Positions 38,191-50,151 of a DNA stretch of 64,000 nt are shown here, piece by piece. Numbering within the stretch: the stretch's first letter is position 1; the number at the start of each line of letters is the position of its first letter. The stretch is from Lepidodermella squamata. Lineage: Eukaryota; Animalia; Gastrotricha. The stretch lies in contig JBLDXI010000057.1 of assembly GCA_047495785.1 (NCBI GenBank), positions 171,583 through 235,582 on the forward strand. Direction: 5' to 3'. The translations under genes were made by a program, and so were the position numbers. The notes under the pieces were generated by a model. That model did no database searches. It worked only from the letters and a program-made list of their open reading frames with translations, and was not told the origin of the DNA.

Positions 38191-39269
38191 TTAAACTTTT
38201 TTGAGGAAATGGTTGATCAATTCCTCACGGCGTTTGAGCAGCGCCGTTACTTGGTCCATCAGAAGTGGGTGCGTTTCACGGAAATGCGTTGTCAAGCCAT
38301 CACGACGACCGGACCAGGGGGGCGAGCAACCCCTAACGAGGCAGGTCAGTTTCTTTTCACCCGTTTTATCGAAAAGCAATCGATCTTTCCAATCTGGGTC
38401 GTTCTTCAAATGAGCGAAGGCTTTAAGCTCGGCTAGATAGCGCGCCGAGCCTCCGGTAGGGCGTTTCGCAGAGCCCGGGGTGGTTTGAGAGGTCCCCGGC
38501 ACCGATGCCGGTGTTGTCAATGGCCGTTCTATCGAAGTAACAAAAGTAATTTGTGGAAAAGGTGAGAGAACCAGTCACTTACTTGATTTGAGGGCATCGA
38601 GGAATGTATTCTTGCATTCCAACTGTCTTTTCCGCGGTAGTGGCGTGATAATCGGCATACGTTCGACGAGAACCGCTGCCACCATCGGCTGTGTTTGTTC
38701 AGCCATACCGTTGGTTGTTTCGCCCGATGGTTCTTCATCCGCGGTGTCCTTATCGCTCTCGAGCGTAGTCGTAATTTCGACTACCGCAGATTGTTCAGCT
38801 TCGTCTTCCTCGCTGGATGTTTCGAACCCTCCAACATCGTCCGCTTCGCTGATCGTACGTGCTCCAAGGAGGTCGTTGAAGGCACGTTCGGACATGAGGT
38901 CCGCGACATCAGTGTCGGCCAAGTGACCGGCACCTGAAGTTCCAGCCAGATCCATCGGTGTTGCAGGTCGGTTAACCTCCGGTTCCAAAACCGGTGGCGG
39001 AGCAGCAGTGTCCTCAACTCGGCTGGCCGCGGGGGGTCCGCTTTCAACCAGTTGCGTAGCTGTAGACGGGCCAGCGCTGTCATCAAACTGACTAGATGAA
39101 GCCGCATCTATTCCGACGGCAGTTGTTCTGTGTTGGCATGGCAATGGCGGAGGGCGACTAGGGCGGCCAATGGTGACATTTTGAGGTAAGGGACCGCGCC
39201 ATTGATCCGTTCCAGCCCAACGTTTTGGGTCCGTGACCAAGCCTAGGCCAAAGTCCCAGTTGGGCCAAT
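38191..39269 (-). CDS. Family B downstream exons (38583-39269, 38191-38528): acidic disordered region plus C2H2 zinc finger
   Basis: Intron 38529-38582 (GTAAGT..AG) joins the two ORFs in frame; CLVRGC-x13-HFRETH. There is no ATG of its own; the region begins at a TTTTAG acceptor. Confidence 0.82.
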
Positions 39270-39448
39270 CTAAAATTAACTCACGAGTAAAGTGTTTGGG
39301 GAAATGATATGTTGCTGTTTCAATTTATTTACAACCAAAACTTAGGTCACGAGTCATAGTCAAAAGTGTCAATTATCACTTGTATTGTCTTGGAATCCGT
39401 TTGTTGTTGTTGTAGTTGTTGTAGATTAGCCTGTAAACGAACTTATAA

Positions 39449-42341
39449 TTAACCTATAAATTCAGACTTAGTGTATCTTTTTCTGTTGTTTTTGTTTAGT
39501 TTCAGAGCCAGTCGTCCTTTCTGACGAATTAGCGCGTAAGCAGGTTCCAGTGTTTTTACGTATGTTACTACGTTCACCGTTTCATACTTCTGCTTTTTGC
39601 TTTTGGCTTTGATAAATGGCCAAGGGGTGCCTTTCAGTTTCCTCAAGGTATTTTTGATTGTGCTAATTATGAGTGCCCAGGGGTAATCCCTTTTGAGGAG
39701 GCTGTAGCAGAGGGAAAGAGTGGCCGTGGCCCAATCTTCGAAGTTTGAGCAGATTCTGCTATATCGGAGAATTTGGGACTCAATGATGCCTGAAAAAATG
39801 TGGTCAGGGTGCTCCGAGCCATGACATAGAAGTGCCATGTTATCGGTCGGTTTAAAGTAAACCCCTGTTTCGATTTTACCATTTTTCTTATACAGAAAAA
39901 TGTCCAAGTATTGAGCAGACTTATCTGAGATATTCACCTCAAGTTTAATGTTTGGGTGAAGGGTCTTATAGTCCTCCAAGAAGGCTGATGAGCGGTGATT
40001 GTCGAGGAAGATAGTAATTAGATCATCGAGGTATCTACACCCCAGTGGTGGGGAGTAAATTACCCAAAGGTTTCTTTCCTTTATGAAAAGCCAATTGTTA
40101 GCCACCCAGGGGGATAGGTGACCCCCCATAGCTAGTCCTTGTATTTGACGATACCATTTATTGTTGAACTTCACCGTGCTAGAGCTAAGGACGAGGAATA
40201 TAGCTCGGCAGACGAGCCGTCTCTCGTCGTATTCGAGGACTTCAAATTCCCTAAGGTAGGCCGCGATTCCATCTACAGCCTCGTGGAGGGGAATTTGGTT
40301 GTACATGTCGGTAATGTCCGCTGTGGTGATGACTGCATTTCGCAAGTCCTTTCCACTAGCGTTCAAATCCCTGATCTTTTGTAGGACCTCCACGCTACTA
40401 TGTACAACCGTGGTGAGGGTGTGCCTAGCTTGCCGGAGATTCCTGTAGAGGGTTTTATCGGCTTGCGAAGTATAGGTGTTGGTGCCATCGGTAATTGGGC
40501 GGACTTTGAGTAAATTTTCGTTGTCTGGGGGCTTGTGTAATTTTGGTAAGAAGTAGATGTATTTTGTGCGTATCCTGTCTATCTTTTTGAAAAGGCCTTT
40601 CCAGTTTTTCAAAGTATTTGGTGATAGGATGACCCAAGATGATCTTAGCCTGTGTAGGGCGTTTCTGTATTCCGCTAAGCCATCATCGTTGACTTCGCGA
40701 AAAGTTTGGGCATTCTGGAGAAATTTTTCCCCCATGCGACAGTAGGTTATTTTGTTGATTGCAATGACTACATTTCCCTTGTCGCTTTTCGTTACCCAGG
40801 TTCCCTCGGGGACTGTAAGTTCCTCGTTGTCAACTTTAGATAATTCACGCTCAAAAGAATAGAATAGATCACGGCGGGATTTTCGAGTCAAGTTGATTTT
40901 CAATTCCACAAATTTCTTTTCAACATCAAGTAACGTTTTTCTCATGTCTTTCCTATTGACTTTTACGAATTGGAGTCCTTTGGAGAGGGCTTCCTTGAGA
41001 TTGGTTGGCAGTTTCTCTGTTAGATCTATAACCCCTCGTTTTTCCCATTTTTTATTCTCTGCAGAAAGCGAAAGGGCTGGTTGAGAGGAAGTATGAATTG
41101 GTAGCCTATTGGAGAGTGAACTCTCTGATCCAAAAATAGATGATGAAAGGCCCGGGAGATCTTCAAGTATAAGCAGATCCTGGAGGTGACAGTCTATCAG
41201 ATGCCTCCAAAGTTTCCTTTTATTAGTTATATTGGTTGAATGTTCGTTACAGGTGGTGGTAATTATTCCATTGTTCTCAGAGGATGAGATACTACGATTC
41301 GGGTGACCCGGTTCGAATTTAGATGTAAAGAACCATAAAGAGGGTTTGGAAAATAGTGCGTTGATGAGAGTTTTGGTGTTGCATGTTTCTCCAAAAAGGT
41401 TTTCCTCGTGTAGAGTTTCCCAAGTGATTGGTTTGATAATATTAGGAACAGAAATTCTCCTACCTGAACTGACTGTAATGCCAGGGGCAGTCAGGGGTGC
41501 AGTCGGTGTTCCGCCAGTACTGAGCTCAACAGACAACTTTTCATCAATCAAGTGAAGAATGGTTTGAAAGCGTGCGGGTGGATCCGATGGCAGCGTCGTC
41601 CAATCTTGAGCAAGCATTGCCTTTGCGGCACGGCAAATTGCAGCTGCATCCAAGGTTTTGCCTTGTGTTTGCGGTGCGGTGATTAGAGGGAACGGTTTCC
41701 AGTTGAGAAGTATATCGGTTTGAAATGTGAGACTTGAACGATCTGCGGAGCGCCATGAAGACAGTATGGCATCATCGATTGAGCCACGGATGGAGGTCGA
41801 CGCTGATTCATAAATCGGCTTCAAGTCCAGCCACTTTTCAGCAGTGGAAGCCATGGACGCGACGATTTTCAAGCGTTCCTGTTCCGCCACGGCACGAATA
41901 GACACTTCAATTGTATCGTTCACCAGTCCTGGCCACTTTATGAACGCGTGGCACATCATGGCCTCCGCAAGCTAAGGATAAGACAGAATATTAGGTTATT
42001 TTCGATATTAAGGGGGTTAAGTGACTTACTTGTCGAACCACTGTGTTACCGGGGCTGAGGCCCGCAGACTTGGCTTTGTACCCGGCCATCATATTAAAGG
42101 TGGTGATGGCCATTGGCCAAAACGAGTTCAGGACATTAAGTGCTTGTTCGATAAGATCACCACCAGTGCGATTTGACGGTTGCCAGGAACTAAAAGCGGC
42201 ATGGAGAACGTTGGCGACGTCGTTGTTTTGGTCGACCCTAGGTTCATCTGCTTTGTTTCCCCCGTTATGAAATCGTTTAACGGGACCGCCGCGACCGTGA
42301 CCATTGTTGTTCCGATTACGATGGTTATTTGGCATACTCAT
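39449..42341 (-). CDS. Family B RT polyprotein (944 aa after removing intron 41972-42029), no endonuclease
   Basis: YFLPKLHKP, VRPITDG, TADITDMYNQIP, QIQGLAMGG, RYLDDL, GVYFKPTDN..SEHP. The spliced junction VVRQ/LAEAMMC aligns with uninterrupted family C AVRDIAKIVC. Confidence 0.93.
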
Positions 42342-43593
42342 TTCTAGGAAGAGAATGTAAAATATTAGGATGGCTTAGAGGTGTGTGATGAGGGACCGTC
42401 TCAGAGTTAGGGGATCGCCGTACTCACGACACGAGCCAGTGTTAGGGTTGGGTTAGGTTAATTACCAGACGGGAAGCCTAAGCAACCCCGGCATAGAAGC
42501 TCTAGCAATCCCTTTCACTCTTTTGACGGTAATAAAAACGTTTTGCGTACCTGTCAATCCGTTGATTAGCACCAGTTGAGATTATTTCAAACAATTTCAA
42601 TAATTTCCTAAGAAAGAGATTAAATATAATTGAATGTTTGAACATGAATAAGTGTTCTCAAGTCGAGGGTCACTGTAGAACCATAAATCCAGGTTCAATC
42701 AAAGGAGACCTTGAATGAACCGGGATCATAAATGTAGAATTGAAAATGTGGTAGAACCATGTCTTAAGGTTAAACCAGAAGGAAGAAGAAGACCTTGGTT
42801 GAACCAAAACCATAAAGTTGAGGTTGCAAATACGGGTAGAACCATAACTTAAGGTTGAACCGAAAAGGAAACCTTAATTGAACCAAAACTATGAAGTTGA
42901 GGTTGCAGATATGGGTAGAACCGTAATTTTAAGGTTAAACCGAAAAGGAAACCTTAACTGAACCAGAACTATATAGTTAAGGTTGCAAATATGGGTAGAA
43001 CCATAACTTAAGGTTAAACCGAGAAGGAAACCTTAATTGAACCAAAACTATATAGTTAAGGTTGCAAATATGGGTAGAACCATAACTTAAGGTTAAACCG
43101 AGAAGGAAACCTTAATTGAACCAAAACCATAAAGTTGAGGTTGTAAATATGGGTAAAACCATAATTTAAGGTTAAACCGAAAAGGAAACCTTAAACTGAA
43201 CCAGAACTATAAAGTTGAGGTTGCAAATATGGGTAGAACCATAACTTAAGGTTAAACCGAGAAGGAAACCTTAATTGAACCAAAACTGTGAAGTTAAGGT
43301 TACCGTTCCGTTTTTCAAAGGAGAAAAAGGAGAAAAAACCGTAACAATACGCCACCCATGAAGGGGAGCAAAGAATCAAAGGCCACCCGTATAGGGGAGC
43401 GGAAGGAGGCACGCCACCCGTAAAGGGGAGCAACAAAGCAATAGCCACCCATGAAGGGGAGCAATAATTAAAAGCCACCCGTAAAGGGGAGCATACGGAG
43501 AAAGAGCTCAACGTAAAGGTGAGCAAACTGGAAACAACGCCCAGCCGGGTTACCAGACAGTATTGGTGAGAACAGGAGGTCAAAAGCACGCAA

Positions 43594-43647
43594 CGCCCAT
43601 ATTAGTCAGACCGGTTTCGCCTGTGGGCAGCAGGCTCGTCAGTGACT
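43594..43647 (-). ncRNA. Hammerhead ribozyme (B2)
   Basis: Same sequence as 37421-37474. Confidence 0.93.
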
Positions 43648-44363
43648 TTGTTGCGAAAATTAAATTTTGCGAAATGACGAAAAGTCAGATCTTAAAGCCT
43701 TTATAAAGGGCTGTTATCTGGACGCCATTTTGAATTTTCAAAATTTGGCGCGAAAGTTTGAGATTTATTTTCCCAAAATAATGTTATTTCCTGATTGGTA
43801 ATCATGTGAGGGGTATAACTGGAGTGTTTCACGTAAAAAATGTTCAATTAATTGCCGCATGTTTTTCAAGGTCGTTGCCATTTGTGGTATCTAGTAAGTT
43901 TGCCTAACATGTTTGGTATCAGGTGACCGGTTACGGTTGTGGGTCCAAGTCCAGGAAAACCAAAACCTTGGTTTTTTGGGTTCTGTTATGGTTTTTATAC
44001 ATTTAAGGTTCATAGGTTTTTGGTGCAGTAACCCAAACTTTAACGTTAAGGTTATGGTTGACGTTATGGTGTTTTTCAGAATTATGGTTCTAGTTCCGTA
44101 TCACACCAATTCCCAGTTTACGGTTCGATTTCTCATCTGTAATGTGTCACCAGGGTTGGGTTGCAACCATAATTTTCGGTTTTTTTCGGTTGTTGGAGTT
44201 GTATGCCGTTTTGCAGGTTCGGTTTTTATGGTTTCACAAGTCGATTTTTTACAAAAGCGATCCACATTTTATTTCAGAGTTCCTTACCAGGTGGTTTAGA
44301 GAAAAACAAAAACACACCATAACATCGTTACAAACATACTCACTGGAGGTAAGGTTGAGTCAC

Positions 44364-45442
44364 TTAAACTTTTTTGAGGAAATGGTTGATCAATTCCTCA
44401 CGGCGTTTGAGCAGCGCCGTTACTTGGTCCATCAGAAGTGGGTGCGTTTCACGGAAATGCGTTGTCAAGCCATCACGACGACCGGACCAGGGGGGCGAGC
44501 AACCCCTAACGAGGCAGGTCAGTTTCTTTTCACCCGTTTTATCGAAAAGCAATCGATCTTTCCAATCTGGGTCGTTCTTCAAATGAGCGAAGGCTTTAAG
44601 CTCGGCTAGATAGCGCGCCGAGCCTCCGGTAGGGCGTTTCGCAGAGCCCGGGGTGGTTTGAGAGGTCCCCGGCACCGATGCCGGTGTTGTCAATGGCCGT
44701 TCTATCGAAGTAACAAAAGTAATTTGTGGAAAAGGTGAGAGAACCAGTCACTTACTTGATTTGAGGGCATCGAGGAATGTATTCTTGCATTCCAACTGTC
44801 TTTTCCGCGGTAGTGGCGTGATAATCGGCATACGTTCGACGAGAACCGCTGCCACCATCGGCTGTGTTTGTTCAGCCATACCGTTGGTTGTTTCGCCCGA
44901 TGGTTCTTCATCCGCGGTGTCCTTATCGCTCTCGAGCGTAGTCGTAATTTCGACTACCGCAGATTGTTCAGCTTCGTCTTCCTCGCTGGATGTTTCGAAC
45001 CCTCCAACATCGTCCGCTTCGCTGATCGTACGTGCTCCAAGGAGGTCGTTGAAGGCACGTTCGGACATGAGGTCCGCGACATCAGTGTCGGCCAAGTGAC
45101 CGGCACCTGAAGTTCCAGCCAGATCCATCGGTGTTGCAGGTCGGTTAACCTCCGGTTCCAAAACCGGTGGCGGAGCAGCAGTGTCCTCAACTCGGCTGGC
45201 CGCGGGGGGTCCGCTTTCAACCAGTTGCGTAGCTGTAGACGGGCCAGCGCTGTCATCAAACTGACTAGATGAAGCCGCATCTATTCCGACGGCAGTTGTT
45301 CTGTGTTGGCATGGCAATGGCGGAGGGCGACTAGGGCGGCCAATGGTGACATTTTGAGGTAAGGGACCGCGCCATTGATCCGTTCCAGCCCAACGTTTTG
45401 GGTCCGTGACCAAGCCTAGGCCAAAGTCCCAGTTGGGCCAAT
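44364..45442 (-). CDS. Family B downstream ZnF exons, copy in B2 (orphaned from their upstream exons)
   Basis: Duplicate of 38191-39269 at +6173. Confidence 0.7.
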
Positions 45443-45621
45443 CTAAAATTAACTCACGAGTAAAGTGTTTGGGGAAATGATATGTTGCTGTTTCAATTTA
45501 TTTACAACCAAAACTTAGGTCACGAGTCATAGTCAAAAGTGTCAATTATCACTTGTATTGTCTTGGAATCCGTTTGTTGTTGTTGTAGTTGTTGTAGATT
45601 AGCCTGTAAACGAACTTATAA

Positions 45622-47060
45622 TTAACCTATAAATTCAGACTTAGTGTATCTTTTTCTGTTGTTTTTGTTTAGTTTCAGAGCCAGTCGTCCTTTCTGACGA
45701 ATTAGCGCGTAAGCAGGTTCCAGTGTTTTTACGTATGTTACTACGTTCACCGTTTCATACTTCTGCTTTTTGCTTTTGGCTTTGATAAATGGCCAAGGGG
45801 TGCCTTTCAGTTTCCTCAAGGTATTTTTGATTGTGCTAATTATGAGTGCCCAGGGGTAATCCCTTTTGAGGAGGCTGTAGCAGAGGGAAAGAGTGGCCGT
45901 GGCCCAATCTTCGAAGTTTGAGCAGATTCTGCTATATCGGAGAATTTGGGACTCAATGATGCCTGAAAAAATGTGGTCAGGGTGCTCCGAGCCATGACAT
46001 AGAAGTGCCATGTTATCGGTCGGTTTAAAGTAAACCCCTGTTTCGATTTTACCATTTTTCTTATACAGAAAAATGTCCAAGTATTGAGCAGACTTATCTG
46101 AGATATTCACCTCAAGTTTAATGTTTGGGTGAAGGGTCTTATAGTCCTCCAAGAAGGCTGATGAGCGGTGATTGTCGAGGAAGATAGTAATTAGATCATC
46201 GAGGTATCTACACCCCAGTGGTGGGGAGTAAATTACCCAAAGGTTTCTTTCCTTTATGAAAAGCCAATTGTTAGCCACCCAGGGGGATAGGTGACCCCCC
46301 ATAGCTAGTCCTTGTATTTGACGATACCATTTATTGTTGAACTTCACCGTGCTAGAGCTAAGGACGAGGAATATAGCTCGGCAGACGAGCCGTCTCTCGT
46401 CGTATTCGAGGACTTCAAATTCCCTAAGGTAGGCCGCGATTCCATCTACAGCCTCGTGGAGGGGAATTTGGTTGTACATGTCGGTAATGTCCGCTGTGGT
46501 GATGACTGCATTTCGCAAGTCCTTTCCACTAGCGTTCAAATCCCTGATCTTTTGTAGGACCTCCACGCTACTATGTACAACCGTGGTGAGGGTGTGCCTA
46601 GCTTGCCGGAGATTCCTGTAGAGGGTTTTATCGGCTTGCGAAGTATAGGTGTTGGTGCCATCGGTAATTGGGCGGACTTTGAGTAAATTTTCGTTGTCTG
46701 GGGGCTTGTGTAATTTTGGTAAGAAGTAGATGTATTTTGTGCGTATCCTGTCTATCTTTTTGAAAAGGCCTTTCCAGTTTTTCAAAGTATTTGGTGATAG
46801 GATGACCCAAGATGATCTTAGCCTGTGTAGGGCGTTTCTGTATTCCGCTAAGCCATCATCGTTGACTTCGCGAAAAGTTTGGGCATTCTGGAGAAATTTT
46901 TCCCCCATGCGACAGTAGGTTATTTTGTTGATTGCAATGACTACATTTCCCTTGTCGCTTTTCGTTACCCAGGTTCCCTCGGGGACTGTAAGTTCCTCGT
47001 TGTCAACTTTAGATAATTCACGCTCAAAAGAATAGAATAGATCACGGCGGGATTTTCGAG
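45622..47060 (-). pseudogene. 5'-truncated family B RT (B2)
   Basis: Matches the C-terminal half of the B1 RT; broken at 47060 by telomeric repeats. Confidence 0.9.
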
Positions 47061-47092
47061 GGTTAGGGTTAGGGTTAGGGTTAGGGTTAGGG

Positions 47093-47133
<41 letters not shown>

Positions 47134-47182
47134 GGTTAGGGTTAGGGTTAGGGTTAGGGTTAGGGTTAGGGTTAGGTTAGGG
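47060..47182 (+). repeat. Telomeric tract capping B and priming C
   Basis: About 20 TTAGGG units. Confidence 0.97.
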
Positions 47183-47714
47183 AAAATACCAGACAGGTAG
47201 CCTAAGCAACCCCGGCAAAGAGGCTCTAATGCAGTTCAACCCGAATGAATTTTTTAAAAATAAACGTGAGCTTACCATGTTCGTTGCTTCTTCCGTGAGA
47301 GTAAAGGCCGATAATACCCAAAGATTTTAACAGAATCTAAAATACAGAAACATACAAATTGTTAGTTACAAGTTAAGGTTACCAGAACCTTAAATAATTT
47401 GCTTTTCAATAGATTGTCAACGTGGACACTAACCATAAGTGATTATAGGTATGTCTCGAAAAGGATAGGGTGTGAACCTTAAGTGGTTTACCCTATACCG
47501 GCTATTCCGTATTTAAACATCTCAAAGTTGAGGTCGAGGCCGAATAGGATTTATGGTTCGCAACCATATCCGGTTACATAGTTCAATCCGACCATAAGCA
47601 TATGAACCTTAACTTAGGTTAAGCTTTAGAGACTACTTCCTTAGTTCAGGGCTCTTGCTGAACCCTAAGTTATTTAGGGTCAGGATACCTTAAGTCAACC
47701 TGAGCAGCCCAGGT

Positions 47715-47948
47715 GCCACCCCAGTTGCGGGAAGCGTGTTTCCAAATGCCACCCATTAGAGGGAAGCCAACCGATTCTGCCACCCGTTGGAGGGAAGCTA
47801 CAAATATGATGCCACCCGTTAAAGGGAAGCCACGAATGTAATGCCACCCGTTGAAGGGAAGCCGAAAAGGTTACGCCACCCTCGTAAGGGAAGCCGACAA
47901 CAAAATGCCACCCATTAGAGGGAAGCTAAGCCACCCGTGGAGGGAAGC
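47715..47948 (-). repeat. Short-hairpin array (GCCACCC-N5/7-GGGAAGC) x8, family C
   Basis: About 32-nt periodicity; copy in C2 at +5889. Confidence 0.87.
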
Positions 47949-48017
47949 ACCCGATAAATTAGTTGCGGAGCGGTATGCGGTGTAATAACCTAATGTAATA
48001 CGAGAGATAGTAAGCAA

Positions 48018-48070
48018 CGCCCATAGTGCCAGACCGGTTTCGCCTGTGGGCGGCAGGCTCGTCAGTGACT
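48018..48070 (-). ncRNA. Hammerhead ribozyme (C1)
   Basis: GUCA-CUGACGA-GCCUG(CCGCCCA)CAGGC-GAAA-CCGG-UC/UGGC..UGGGCG. Confidence 0.92.
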
Positions 48071-48124
48071 CTAGTTGCTTAAAACAAAATCCGCTCAAAT
48101 GATGAAAATGTTCGAAAATAAGGC

Positions 48125-48190
48125 TTTTTATACTGCGGTCCCTTCCGCCATTTTGGAAAAAATCGTGGCACGTGGGTTTTGGCGCGAAAA
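48125..48190 (-). promoter_or_regulatory. Putative promoter (E2F-like, E-box, YY1-like, TATA), C1
   Basis: On the - strand: TTTTCGCGCCAAA, CACGTG, AAAATGGCGG, TATAAAAA. Confidence 0.62.
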
Positions 48191-48804
48191 TTTTTCTAGA
48201 AACTGATGTTATTTCCATAACCCAGTGCTAGTGGTTAGCTTATTTCCAACGGTTGAAACGTTTTGGAATTTATTAGCCGCAGGTGATTTCAAGGTCGTTT
48301 AGCCGCAGGTGATAGACTTAGAGTTAAGGTTTCATACTTATGGTTCGAGTTAAGGTTTCATACTTATGGTTCGCCTAGTCTTAGTGTTGGCGGTCTTCTG
48401 ACCACAAGTTAAATAACCGGCCGAATAGTCGTTTTAGGGTTGTCCTCGATAAGATAAGGTTCTTTTCAGTTCCGCTATTTGTTCAAGTCCCAAAACCTTA
48501 AGTTCTGGTTTCACACCGTAAGGTGGATTTAAGGTTACAGATATTCGTTAGTTTATTTCCACCTTCCTGAAGTGGATTTAAGGTTAGGGTCCTGTAGTTC
48601 GATTTCAATTTCCACGTTGATTCAGGTTGCCCAACCTTAAGTTGTTACTTAAGGTTACGGTTTCTGATTATCTTCGGACCCATTTGTTTCTGTTTCATTC
48701 TGCCTGGAGTTAAGGTTCACACGGTTGTAAAAGTCGTGAATTAGTTCAACAATGTGTTTTATTTCAGAAACTTCATCACTCACACTCACTTGACACAAAT
48801 CACC

Positions 48805-49982
48805 TCAAAAGTCACCCTTCTTCAGGATCTCAGCGCGGAGACGAAGACGTTCTTCATCCAGTGCTTGGGCCTGGACTAGCTGGTCTTTCTCGTGGTTCTT
48901 CAAGAAGTGTCCAAGTAGACCGTCCGACCTAGTGCAAGTGAACTTGCAGGATCCAATTCGGCAGAGGATGATCGATCCAGGCTTTTTGCCCGGGACCCGG
49001 GGAGCTTGCTCCACCCGTTCCCAGACAAGGGCGCCCTCGTAGTTCTCGCGCAGTTTTTCCCATGCAAGACTTTCGGCGACAGATCTAGCGGAACCTCCCG
49101 CAAGTCTCCGACCAGAAGTCGTGGGTCCACGGGCTGGAGTGCTGGCGATAGAGAATGAACAACCACCGGTCGATGACGACGAGCGTTCTGTGACAAGGTA
49201 AAGTTGAAGTTAAGGTTGCAATCTCCTTTAAAGAAATATCTTACCTTCCAAAGACGGAAGTGGTCGCTTGCGATTCGCCCTGTTGACTGTAGGCTCCGAT
49301 GTCGAAGCCATGGACACATTGTAGCGGGGTGCTGGCGATGAGGCTGCCGAACTCGTGGCGCTGCTGAATTCCAGTGGGGTTGAGGTTGCGCCTCCTCTCA
49401 GAGGTCGTCCGAACATATCGATATCTATGAAAAGATCGCGATCGAGGCGGACAACACAATCCTTAGTCGACAATCTCGGGTCTGGAGTTCCCAGGGTCGC
49501 ATCCGGCTGAAGTGTTGATTCCGAGGATGAGCTTTCACTATCTGAGCGTGAAAGCGCATCACGTGTCTCTTCGGGCAGCTCGTCCGCTGACATTTCAATA
49601 GCATCCTCGGTAGCCGATCTCACCGGAGAATCGGTTATCACGATGACGCCGCCCTGCTCCCGTTCCGGTGCTGCGTTGCTGGTAGCGGTTCCACCGTTAT
49701 CCTGGTCAGGCTTGGGATCTGCGTTGACTTGCTCGGTATCGTCGTCCAGCAGGTCAAGGGCTTCCTGGAGGGTAGCCGAGTCCGCGGCAGAGAAGCTACC
49801 CAAGCCGCTGAAAGTAGAAGCGCAAATTTCGGGACCATTGCTCGTCGATGGCAGCTCGAGCCTGTGACCAATGGTGACGGGCGAGGGGCACGGAGCCCTC
49901 CAGGCCGACTCAGGAGCCCAGCGACCGGTATCGTAGGTTGTCCCGAAGTTGAAGAATCTCCAACTCGGTGAAGCCGTGTCAG
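48805..49982 (-). CDS. Family C downstream exons (49245-49982, 48805-49187): disordered region plus C2H2 zinc finger
   Basis: Intron 49188-49244 (GTAAGA..CAG) restores the frame; GGSAR and the zinc finger CRIGSC-x12-HFLKNH align with family B; begins at a polypyrimidine TTTCCAG acceptor. Confidence 0.82.
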
Positions 49983-50151
49983 CTGGAAATGTTGTTATAG
50001 GGTTACGGGTATAAAGAAAAGGGTAAAAAGGCAAGTAAATTTGCACCAACTGTTTTATTTCTCACAAATGTTAGTATCATGGTGGATCATCGTCAAATGT
50101 CATTGTTCAGGGCCATAGTTGCGTTGAATGATGTCTTGTGTTGTTGTTTCT

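Larger units (their letters stand above)
36268..47060 (-). mobile_element. Family B endonuclease-deficient Penelope-like retroelement, partial tandem (B1 36268-42440 complete, B2 42441-47060 5'-truncated)
   Basis: Direct repeat with offset 6173; PLE RT; hammerheads; telomeric flanks. Confidence 0.95.

Noticed and set aside
47187-47235. Twister ribozyme on the + strand (GGTAGCCTAAGC..GAGGC..TAATGCAG)
   Set aside because: Superficial resemblance only. The UAA and P2 elements are not conserved in B and D, the spacing is off, and it would be antisense to the element.
47715-47948. CRISPR-like repeat-spacer array
   Set aside because: Spacers are only about 12 nt, the repeats vary internally, the context is eukaryotic and there are no cas genes
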